The notes under the pieces are model-generated. The model saw only the letters and a list, made by a program, of their open reading frames with translations, did not search any database and had not been told where the DNA came from. The position numbers and the translations under genes were made by a program. A stretch of 61,627 nt of DNA from an uncultured Planctomycetales bacterium (lineage in GTDB: Bacteria; Omnitrophota; Gorgyraeia; Gygaellales; Profunditerraquicolaceae): contig CAYHBB010000005.1 in assembly GCA_964354795.1 (NCBI GenBank), forward strand, positions 1-61,627, given 5' to 3'. This document shows positions 16,878-24,723 of the stretch, piece after piece. Each line of letters begins with the position of its first letter. The first letter of the stretch is position 1.

Positions 16878-17675
16878 TTATAAAATCGCCACTACTCGCG
16901 CCCAGGCAGCACCGGTTTGCCTGATGCGCACCGGAAAACAAATGATCTTAAATCCGGAATCCGGCAACTTTTCTAAATTAGCCAGACGCTCGATATGAAT
17001 AAATTCTCGTTTGCGGCCATAAAAATGCGCCGGGTAAAACTTTTTCGGATTTTTTTCCTCTAAAAACTCTTTAAGCATAAAACGGTACGGCCGATCAATA
17101 CCCATAGTATCTACGCCAAAAACCTTAATCCCCTTGTCCATAAGATAATCAATTGCCGAGACATCTATTCCGGGATAATCGGTGAAATACTTCGGTCCGC
17201 CGTAAAACTTATCCGCGCCTGTACGCAATAAAACTATATCCAAAGCTTTAAGTGTATAGCTGATTTTCTTTAAGGCCTCTTCTATATCTTGGGAGGTGAT
17301 GGACTCAGCCGGTTTTTTATGCGACATATCCAGCTTCACGCCGTCCTGATAACAATACTCTAGAGGGATCTCATCCGCGGTTTTTGAAGGCCGGCCCTCA
17401 GATTTTGTGCCATAATGGAAAGAGTAATCCAGGTGGGTGCCTACATGCACCGGCGCATGTACCACTTCAAGGGAAAGAAACTCTTCATCCGGCAGATCTT
17501 CTTTTCTTAAGATGCGTTTACCCAGAAGATACTGAATCCTGCCTTTTAAGGTCTTCCCCATGATCACCCGGTTGAATTTCTCCACCCCGGCGGCATGCGT
17601 TACCCGCTCGATTTGGACACGGTGGACCTCAAAAGCCTTTTCGTCTATGGGCAGGCTTAAATCTACTATCTTCAT
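16878..17675 (-). CDS. Cyclase-family protein (PF04199, kynurenine formamidase-like fold)
   Basis: HVGTHLDYSFH matches the HxGTHxDxPxH-type metal motif. Confidence 0.7.
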   Translation of the reverse strand: MKIVDLSLPIDEKAFEVHRVQIERVTHAAGVEKFNRVIMGKTLKGRIQYLLGKRILRKEDLPDEEFLSLEVVHAPVHVGTHLDYSFHYGTKSEGRPSKTADEIPLEYCYQDGVKLDMSHKKPAESITSQDIEEALKKISYTLKALDIVLLRTGADKFYGGPKYFTDYPGIDVSAIDYLMDKGIKVFGVDTMGIDRPYRFMLKEFLEEKNPKKFYPAHFYGRKREFIHIERLANLEKLPDSGFKIICFPVRIRQTGAAWARVVAIL

Positions 17676-17905
17676 TATTTTACCAGTTTTGACTGAATAA
17701 CTGCATCTATCTCATTGATGGTCGAGAACTTAGTGATCTCTTTAGGGCTAAACTTAGTGCCAAAAGCCTTTTCCAAAGCAATCACGGACTCAACCATCTC
17801 GGTTGAGTCAACGCCAATACTATCTTGCAGGCTGACATCGTCTTTTAATTCTTCAACCTTAACTTTCAGAAGATTACTCAACACTCCTTTGATCTTTTCT
17901 TTCAT
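17675..17905 (-). CDS. Acyl carrier protein
   Basis: 76 aa, acidic, with a GVDSTEM phosphopantetheine-attachment Ser motif. It shares one base with the start of the downstream cyclase gene. Confidence 0.8.
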   Translation of the reverse strand: MKEKIKGVLSNLLKVKVEELKDDVSLQDSIGVDSTEMVESVIALEKAFGTKFSPKEITKFSTINEIDAVIQSKLVK

Positions 17906-17973
17906 AAACGCCTCCTATAAATTTCCGCCTCATAAATGCCGCAAAGCTTTCTGGCGCTTCGCATCTAAAAACT

Positions 17974-19434
17974 TTAAATCAACACTTCTCCATTGACCGC
18001 TGCCGCTTCCCACTTGTTAAGGTTATCCAACTGGTCCTTGAAACACAGCTTGGCAAGCGGGTCGAAATTACTCTCCATGATGCGGTTGATGCGTCCGGGC
18101 TTGGAGAAGAATTCACGCATGCACCAGGAACCCAGACGACCAAGGTCTTCCGTAGTCAGATGATCAGTGGGGATGACCGGATGCAAGAAATCCCAGGTAG
18201 AGAAATCCACTTTCTTCGGATCGATCCAGCCTTTCTTAAGCGCAATCCTCCACATCGGAGAGTTCGGGGCAGGAGTAACGTAACCTAACCACAGAATATC
18301 CGGATCCACCGCGTCGCTATACTCAAAACGCTTCTTGATAATAGCTTCGGTATCATGGTCAAAACCCATCATGATATCCGCGACAATAGCAATATCGTTT
18401 TTACGCAGGATATCAATGGTCTTTTGTATCTGATCAAGAGTGGTGCCTTTAGCTATTTTCTTAAGCTCTGATTGGGTGGTCACCTCGATGCCGAAAACGC
18501 CCATAAACAAACCATTTTCTTTCATCAGGGGCAGGATGGATTCGCAATTGACCCAGTCAATGGCCCGTCCCAAAGACACCCATTTGATGGGATTATTAGA
18601 TGCTTTTTTAAGTTCACAGAACTTCTGCACCCTGGCAGGGTCGACATTAAAATTATCGTCCTGAATGACCACAACCTTAACTCCATACTTTTTGTGCAGA
18701 AGATTCAGTTCCTCCATCACCCTTTCCGGAGACTTAGCGCGCCACTTTAAAAAGTCTGAGGGGGAACGCGGATCAAATTGATCCCACTCATAGCAAAATG
18801 TACAAGCTGAGGGGCATCCGCGGGAAGTGACCATATCCACAAACGGCTTCCAATAGGTGTGGCCCACGTATTTATCCATCGGGAACAGGTCATACGCCGG
18901 CAAAGGAAGCTTATCCAGATCCTCCATGAGCGGCTTATGCGGCCCCATGATTATCTCGCTGCCTACGCGTGAGGTTACACCACCCACATCCTTAAGCGGC
19001 TTATTCTTATCTATGGCTTCGATCAGGTCTCCGAAAGACTCCTCTTCCCCCATGACCACAAAATCAACTGCTGGATTCTCTTCCAGCGTCGGCACAGGCA
19101 TGGCTGAATACCACAACCCGCCAAGCACTATCTTTGTCTTAGGCAGCGCTTTTTTAATTCCTGCTGCCGCATCTTTAAAGTGGCGCAAAACTCCATAGCC
19201 ACCATAGCCGTGCAGCTGCTCACCCATTACTACCACATCCGGCGCTTTTTCTTTTACTTTTTCAATAAGCTGGTCCATGGGGATCTGCTCAGCCCTGCCG
19301 TCTATGACCGACACATCCTCATATCCTCTTTCCCGCACATATGCGGCCCAGTGCGCATAAAGCTGATTTGGCGAGCGGTGTATTCCGTGTGATGCCCAGG
19401 CGCCGACTTTCGGCATTACAAAAAGAATCTTCAT
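17974..19434 (-). CDS. B12-binding-domain radical SAM enzyme (class B)
   Basis: N-terminal Rossmann-like B12 domain (KILFVMP..., VVVMGE), then TSRGCPSACTFC (CxxxCxxC). Confidence 0.8.
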   Translation of the reverse strand: MKILFVMPKVGAWASHGIHRSPNQLYAHWAAYVRERGYEDVSVIDGRAEQIPMDQLIEKVKEKAPDVVVMGEQLHGYGGYGVLRHFKDAAAGIKKALPKTKIVLGGLWYSAMPVPTLEENPAVDFVVMGEEESFGDLIEAIDKNKPLKDVGGVTSRVGSEIIMGPHKPLMEDLDKLPLPAYDLFPMDKYVGHTYWKPFVDMVTSRGCPSACTFCYEWDQFDPRSPSDFLKWRAKSPERVMEELNLLHKKYGVKVVVIQDDNFNVDPARVQKFCELKKASNNPIKWVSLGRAIDWVNCESILPLMKENGLFMGVFGIEVTTQSELKKIAKGTTLDQIQKTIDILRKNDIAIVADIMMGFDHDTEAIIKKRFEYSDAVDPDILWLGYVTPAPNSPMWRIALKKGWIDPKKVDFSTWDFLHPVIPTDHLTTEDLGRLGSWCMREFFSKPGRINRIMESNFDPLAKLCFKDQLDNLNKWEAAAVNGEVLI

Positions 19435-19445
19435 ATCCTACCTCC

Positions 19446-19489
19446 TTGCGCAGAAAGCGCAACACTGGCTTATCCTTTAAAGCCAGGTG
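19446..19489 (-). promoter_or_regulatory. Family B leader element (intercistronic, between CLF and the rSAM gene)
   Basis: Minus-strand RNA: CACCTGGCTT-TAAAGGAT-AAGCCAGTG, then TTGCGC-TTTCT-GCGCAA, then GGAGG, then 6 nt, then ATG. Confidence 0.75.
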
Positions 19490-19498
19490 CATTCATTA

Positions 19499-20728
19499 TT
19501 ATGCTTTTTCTACTACCAATACTGAATTTATCCCGCCTCTGCCGCGCGAAATGATCAGCGCTTTATTGATCTTATGCTCTCTGGCTTCCTTACCTACATA
19601 TAGCAGACCTTCTACAGCCGGGCTCTCCAGATTAATAGTCGGCGGAACCAAGCTGTGCTCCATGGCATGGATCGCAATGACCATATCTACAACTCCGCTG
19701 GCACCCAAAAGATTTCCAAACATGGACTTGGGGCAGCTTACAGGAATATCTTTTATGCGCGCGCCAAAGACGCTTCTTATGGCGTCAATCTCTGAATTAT
19801 CCCAGATATCTACAGCCAAACCATCCAAAGAAATGTAATCAATTTTATCGGGTGAAATCTTTGCCTCATCCAAAGCCATCCTGATCGCCCGGGCTAATTC
19901 TTTTCCGTCGCCAGCAGGATTGATCCTGTCCACTCCGTCGCAGGTAGTACCAAAACCGGTAATATACGCCAGGGATTTAGCGCTACGCGACTTGACACGA
20001 TCTAGGCCCTCCAACACTACGATTGCCGCGCCCTCACCTATTACAAAACCATTACGCTTTTTATCAAAAGGCCGGTAAGCTTCCTGTGGATGCGCGTTAT
20101 CTACAGAAAGCGCGCCATAGGTATTGCAGCATAATAAGGCATATGGCGTAACCGGCGCTTCCATGCCTCCGGCTAAGATCATGTTCAGCTTATTCTTTGC
20201 CAGAACTTTGCGCGCATAACCAAGGGCCATCAAAGAACTTGCCCGGTCAGATACAACTGTCTTAGAAAACCCCTTGATCCCGTAATAAATAGACACCTGG
20301 CCTTGAGGAGCAGCGGGAAACCAGGCAGAAGCCATGTAAGGAGAAACCCCCTCCCTGCCTTCCATGTACATATCACGCAATTCTGTCTCGGCATACAACC
20401 ATCCTCCAATAGCATTACCTAAAAATATACCCACTAGATTAGGGTCTTCTTTTTTAATATCGACCCCCGCATCCTGCAGAGCCAGCTCCGAGGCGATCAG
20501 AGCCATGTGCGAGAAAGCGTCGATCTTCTTCAAAAGCCTCTCAGAAATTGTAGAATACTTATCCAGGTCGTCGATTTGCCCCGCGATATGCGAAGGATAA
20601 AGGGATGCGTCAAAACGGGTGATCTCTTTGACAAAAGAGCGTCCGCTTTTAATATTCGCCCAGAACTGGCGTTTGCCTATTCCAGAGGGGGTGACTACGC
20701 CGACACCAGTGATTGCAATCTTGCTCAC
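19499..20728 (-). CDS. Ketosynthase beta / chain-length-factor-like subunit
   Basis: WFPAAPQGQVSIYYG is CLF-like. The active-site position reads VVSDRASS (no Cys, and Arg where CLFs carry Gln). There is no NAHG His motif. The GTG start overlaps the KS-alpha stop (GTGA). Confidence 0.75.
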   Translation of the reverse strand: MSKIAITGVGVVTPSGIGKRQFWANIKSGRSFVKEITRFDASLYPSHIAGQIDDLDKYSTISERLLKKIDAFSHMALIASELALQDAGVDIKKEDPNLVGIFLGNAIGGWLYAETELRDMYMEGREGVSPYMASAWFPAAPQGQVSIYYGIKGFSKTVVSDRASSLMALGYARKVLAKNKLNMILAGGMEAPVTPYALLCCNTYGALSVDNAHPQEAYRPFDKKRNGFVIGEGAAIVVLEGLDRVKSRSAKSLAYITGFGTTCDGVDRINPAGDGKELARAIRMALDEAKISPDKIDYISLDGLAVDIWDNSEIDAIRSVFGARIKDIPVSCPKSMFGNLLGASGVVDMVIAIHAMEHSLVPPTINLESPAVEGLLYVGKEAREHKINKALIISRGRGGINSVLVVEKA

Positions 20729-21984
20729 TCATATCTCCTTAATACTAACGAGGAATGGATCCCGGAAAAACCGCTGCTTGTTTTAAGAATAGTGTTTACT
20801 TTCTTGGCTCGCGCGACATTGGGGATATAATCCAGATCACACAATGGATCCTTTTCTTCCTGATTGATCGTGGGAGGAAGAATATTCTTCTCAAAGATCA
20901 TTGCGCATACCGTAAACTCTACCGCGTTCGCCGCGGCCAGAGGGTGACCAATCATGGATTTTAAGGAGCTGATCGGTAATTTATAGGCGTAATCTCCAAA
21001 AATCATTTTATAGGCATTAGTTTCAAAGATATCATTCATACGCGTAGATGAACCGTGGGCATTGATATATTCGATTTCCCTTGGCTTCATCCCCGCATCT
21101 TTCAAGGCCAGACTTATGCAATTAGCCATGGCTTGGCCATCCGCGGGAAGATCGGTCATATGAAAGGCATTACAGCTTGTGCCAAAACCAAGGACTTCCG
21201 CATAAATATGCGCACCGCGCTTTAAGGCGTGATTCAATTCTTCCAAAATCAAAATTCCTGCGCCCTCCGATAAAACAAAACCGTCACGCTTTTTGTCAAA
21301 TGGCCGCGATGCTTTTTCCGGCTCATCATTTCTTGCTGACAAAACACTCACTACATCAAACGCGCCAAAGGTAATGGGGGTAATAGGAGCCTCTGCCGCG
21401 CCACATACCATCACATCATGCTCGCCGTCCTGAATAGTCTCCATGCCAAAACCCATGGAATCTGTCCCGGCGGTGCAGCCTGTGGAAAGCGTGTCACAAA
21501 TACCTTTAAATCCGTACCTGGCGCTGATTTCAATGGACGGCGTGTTAAACATCGCCGCGTCATACAGATCCGGCCGCACTTTGCTGGGATCTATCGGCTT
21601 TTTGCCGTTATCAGTGACCAAAGCAAACTCCTCTTCCATATATTTTGTACCGCAAATAGCATTGGCCAAACACACACCGATACGTTCCGGATCTTCTTTG
21701 GAGAAATTCAGTCCGCTATCTTTTATGGCCATATCGCCTGCCACCACGCCAAACTGCACATACCTATCCATGCGCATGACCTCTTTATGAGTAAGGCCCA
21801 ATTTAAAAGGATCAAAATCCCGCACCTCGGCGGCGATCTTGGTGTTAAATATGGAAACATCAAAACCATCCACCAACTTGACTCCGGAGACTCCGCCCGA
21901 CATGCCTTTCCAGATGTTATCCTTGCCAATGCCGTTGGGAGCCACTACTCCTATGCCGGTGATCACTACACGTCTTTTTGACAT
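20725..21984 (-). CDS. Type II PKS ketosynthase alpha subunit
   Basis: LSTGCTAGTDS (catalytic Cys), SCNAFHMT and INAHGSST (His-His), SMIGHPLAAA. The ATG at 21984 was chosen because AAGGAG lies 9 nt upstream. Confidence 0.8.
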   Translation of the reverse strand: MSKRRVVITGIGVVAPNGIGKDNIWKGMSGGVSGVKLVDGFDVSIFNTKIAAEVRDFDPFKLGLTHKEVMRMDRYVQFGVVAGDMAIKDSGLNFSKEDPERIGVCLANAICGTKYMEEEFALVTDNGKKPIDPSKVRPDLYDAAMFNTPSIEISARYGFKGICDTLSTGCTAGTDSMGFGMETIQDGEHDVMVCGAAEAPITPITFGAFDVVSVLSARNDEPEKASRPFDKKRDGFVLSEGAGILILEELNHALKRGAHIYAEVLGFGTSCNAFHMTDLPADGQAMANCISLALKDAGMKPREIEYINAHGSSTRMNDIFETNAYKMIFGDYAYKLPISSLKSMIGHPLAAANAVEFTVCAMIFEKNILPPTINQEEKDPLCDLDYIPNVARAKKVNTILKTSSGFSGIHSSLVLRRYE

Positions 21985-22001
21985 CAGATAATTCTCCTTG
22001 A

Positions 22002-22592
22002 TCATTCTTCCACTCTCTTGACTTTAAAAACAATATTTCCTCCGTCAGGGCAAGTGACGGTATCGATAGAGTCAGGGTCCGGCATAAAGAAAAACTTCGC
22101 TCCGAAATTAAGCGCGAACAGCGCCGGAAACGCGGTATGGAATGCCGCACCGCAGAAACCCGGAATACATTTTAACCCCTGCGTCTCCCACTTATCCCCC
22201 ACCTTATAACCAAAGGTACATTTGCCTTTTGCCTGCACTACTTCAATGACCATTTTTTTCGGATTCGGACCCTTGAAATTCGCATCCTTTGGGATCACCT
22301 GGACCAAGCCGCCCTTATCCAAAATCTCCGCTTTAAACTCTAATTTTCCTCCGTCAGGGCAAGTCACTAAAAGCGAGCGCTGATTATCGCGAAAAGGAAA
22401 ACAGGCCCCGAAACTTAAAGCATAGATCAACGGAAACAAAGCATGGGCCAAACCTAAACAAAAATGCTTAGGCGGATGAGTGAAATCCTCAAGAATTATC
22501 TCATCGCCGATCTCATAGCCGTGATAACAAAGGCCAAATACTCCGGTTACAGTGAGTTTTAATTTCGGAAAAGGGGTATTTACTTCGCCCAT
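22002..22592 (-). CDS. Tandem-duplicated TIGR04076-like protein (two CPDGG modules)
   Basis: Two ~95-aa halves, ending VTCPDGGKLEFKAE and VTCPDGGNIVFKVKR. Each has a GDE/GDK...FC...F(P)xxxAL core. The family name is recalled from memory. Confidence 0.5.
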   Translation of the reverse strand: MGEVNTPFPKLKLTVTGVFGLCYHGYEIGDEIILEDFTHPPKHFCLGLAHALFPLIYALSFGACFPFRDNQRSLLVTCPDGGKLEFKAEILDKGGLVQVIPKDANFKGPNPKKMVIEVVQAKGKCTFGYKVGDKWETQGLKCIPGFCGAAFHTAFPALFALNFGAKFFFMPDPDSIDTVTCPDGGNIVFKVKRVEE

Positions 22593-22593
22593 A

Positions 22594-23595
22594 TTAATAT
22601 AATCCTTTCGTATTATCCAGAAGCTCCTGCTTAGAGAAAAATTTACCGGCAGGCTCTACCTGATGCACCATTCTAACCAGTTTTTCATTTAAAGGAGCGC
22701 TGACGTTATTCTTCTTGGCCAAAGCCACAAATTCTCCGTTTATATAATCTATCTCGCTGGCCTTGCCTCTTTTGATGCTCTGCAGAATCGAGCCGTACAT
22801 CGGCTCGCGGCTAAGACTAGTCATGATTCCGGAGAATATTTTCGCTGCTTCTGGCAGGCTAAGCGCAGCGAGCTTAATCACCCTTTCCAGAGGAAAATCC
22901 GGAAGTGAAGATAAATTGACCCCTGCCTTCTCTACAACAGTTAAGCCCTCTTTCCAAATAGCCACACTTACGGCGCAGATATCAGTATCAGAAAAAGCTT
23001 CCTGCATACTTACGCCCAATATCGCCGGAATACAGTTGTTGGAATTTACAAAAACCTTCAAATATTTCATCCCCAGAATATCCTCGCTGACTATTGTGGG
23101 AAAAATAGTATTAAGAACGTGGCTTACCTTGACCACTGAATCGTCATTCCTGCCAAAGGCCTTGCCGATGATCCAGCTTTTGTCAAAGTTGTGCACAATC
23201 TCACCGGGCTTTAGATAAGTAGATCCAAACATCACGATGCTGGAGATGATCTTCTCTTTTGGGATAAACTCGGCAGCAATGCTATCTGCCTGCAAGCCGT
23301 TTTGAGTGGTAAGGACAAGCGCGTCGCGGATAAAATCTATATTGGCTTTAAGCGCGCTCTCTAAATCCTGGGTCTTGGTGGCTAAAATCACTAAATCTAC
23401 TTTCTCGCTTAAAGTCTCGCAAACCGGCAGGCTGATATCCAGCTCTCCGCGCACCCCGGAGATCTTTAATCCGTCGGCCTTAATAGCTTTAACCGCATCC
23501 TGCCTGCCGACCAAAACTACATCATTGCCTTTAAGTTTTAGATATCCAGCGACCAGTCCGCCAATGGCCCCTGCACCGATAACCGCAATTTTCAT
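22594..23595 (-). CDS. ApbA/PanE-family 2-dehydropantoate reductase-like oxidoreductase
   Basis: MKIAVIGAGAIGG Rossmann start, about 330 aa, with a C-terminal KPR-type helical domain. Confidence 0.7.
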   Translation of the reverse strand: MKIAVIGAGAIGGLVAGYLKLKGNDVVLVGRQDAVKAIKADGLKISGVRGELDISLPVCETLSEKVDLVILATKTQDLESALKANIDFIRDALVLTTQNGLQADSIAAEFIPKEKIISSIVMFGSTYLKPGEIVHNFDKSWIIGKAFGRNDDSVVKVSHVLNTIFPTIVSEDILGMKYLKVFVNSNNCIPAILGVSMQEAFSDTDICAVSVAIWKEGLTVVEKAGVNLSSLPDFPLERVIKLAALSLPEAAKIFSGIMTSLSREPMYGSILQSIKRGKASEIDYINGEFVALAKKNNVSAPLNEKLVRMVHQVEPAGKFFSKQELLDNTKGLY

Positions 23596-23606
23596 TTAAT
23601 GAGCGC

Positions 23607-23722
23607 ATAACTTACGGAGCACTCGTTTTGCTCGCTGCGACGTAAGTTATTTGCGCGAATTAACCCCGCAGCCTGCCACAAAAATATCGAAGAGATTTTT
23701 GGGGCGCTTAGGCAAGGGGCAA
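23607..23722. repeat. Family E intercistronic element, copy 2 (hairpin A, linker and hairpin B)
   Basis: ATAACTTACG...CGTAAGTTAT, GCGCGAATTAACCCCGC, CAAAAATaTC..GAtTTTTGG, CTTAGGCAAGGGGCAAG. It is collinear with 25681-25789. Confidence 0.8.
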
Positions 23723-23737
23723 GACTATACATAATTA

Positions 23738-24007
23738 TTATTTCTTTGCGTTTTTAGGATACCCATACTTCTTATAATCAAATCCAGTCTGCTCCAGGAG
23801 GCGGATCATCATGCTGTAAAACGGAGAAGGCACATCGGAGAAAAAAGCCGCTACCACATCCTGCTCCTGAACCTGATTTGAATTTCTGCCTTTGGCTAAC
23901 TCCTGAGCTACTTTAGTCACCGCCACCTCGGTAATGTGGCGGTGAAACACCGGTATCTTAGCGATAAAAACCCTGAACCTCTCTTTGACTTCCGGATTCC
24001 AATCCAT
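23738..24007 (-). CDS. Small PCP-reductase-domain-like protein
   Basis: WNPEVKERFRVFIAKIPVFHRHITEVAV resembles the W..EA...L..IP.F.R pattern of PF08369. The ATG at 24007 was chosen because GGAGAG lies upstream. Confidence 0.4.
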   Translation of the reverse strand: MDWNPEVKERFRVFIAKIPVFHRHITEVAVTKVAQELAKGRNSNQVQEQDVVAAFFSDVPSPFYSMMIRLLEQTGFDYKKYGYPKNAKK

Positions 24008-24021
24008 ATCTAGAGCTCTCC

Positions 24022-24065
24022 TTACGCAGAAAGCGTAACACTGGCCCATCCTTTAGGGCCAGGTG
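24022..24065 (-). promoter_or_regulatory. Family B leader element (first gene of the PKS-like operon)
   Basis: Minus-strand RNA: CACCTGGCCC-TAAAGGAT-GGGCCAGTG, then TTACGC-TTTCT-GCGTAA, then GGAGAG. Confidence 0.75.
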
Positions 24066-24085
24066 AAATCTTAGTTTAATTTAAT

Positions 24086-24101
24086 TAGTAAAATTTTACT
24101 A
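24086..24101. promoter_or_regulatory. Perfect 16-bp palindrome (candidate operator)
   Basis: TAGTAAAATTTTACTA lies immediately downstream of the -10 box of the minus-strand promoter. Confidence 0.5.
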
Positions 24102-24102
24102 T

Positions 24103-24130
24103 ATTATAGGCTTAAAACTCCCCCTGTCAA
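24103..24130 (-). promoter_or_regulatory. Near-consensus sigma70 promoter of the PKS-like operon
   Basis: On the minus strand: TTGACA (24130-24125), a 16-nt spacer, then TATAAT (24108-24103). Confidence 0.65.
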
Positions 24131-24201
24131 GAAAAACCTGAGGTTTTTACAAGAAGAAATCTTACGTATTCACAATGAGTTATGTATTCAAAGAAGGGTT
24201 T

Positions 24202-24723
24202 CTAGACGGACTTGATCAGGTCGATGAGGAAATCCGACTCTGCCTGCACCTGACGCCTGTTATGCTCCAGAATGCGGGCAAGGGAAGAAGGCTTTTTTTT
24301 GGACTGCTCTTTGATCATCTGCTCAAGGCCTTTAGAGACCCTGTTAAGGATAGAAAGCCTGGCGCGCATCCTGCGCTTGGCTACCGCAGGTTTCATGAAG
24401 TGCAGGAAATAAAGGCTTAAATCCAGGCTGAATTGTGGCCGCTTAAAATTAAGAAAACTTTTGTTAAGCAAATCGTCAAAGTAGGATTCGCCCTTGGGGG
24501 TGAGCTCATAAACAATGCGTTCGGGCCGGTTGCCGGGCTTGGTGGTACGTTTGATCACCAAACCGTCTCTTTCCAGGACCTGCAAAGGATAATATATGGA
24601 CTTTAAATCTACACCGGCAAATAAAGAAAGTATTTCTTTGATCTTGCGCTTGATATCGTAGCCGTGCTTGGGGCTTTCCTTAAGTAAACCTAATAACAGC
24701 AATTCTTTTTCGATCATGCGCAC
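24202..24723 (-). CDS. PadR-family transcriptional regulator
   Basis: [21 protein letters not shown]... and [13 protein letters not shown] form the winged-helix core, with a long C-terminal helical domain. Confidence 0.8.
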   Translation of the reverse strand: MRMIEKELLLLGLLKESPKHGYDIKRKIKEILSLFAGVDLKSIYYPLQVLERDGLVIKRTTKPGNRPERIVYELTPKGESYFDDLLNKSFLNFKRPQFSLDLSLYFLHFMKPAVAKRRMRARLSILNRVSKGLEQMIKEQSKKKPSSLARILEHNRRQVQAESDFLIDLIKSV

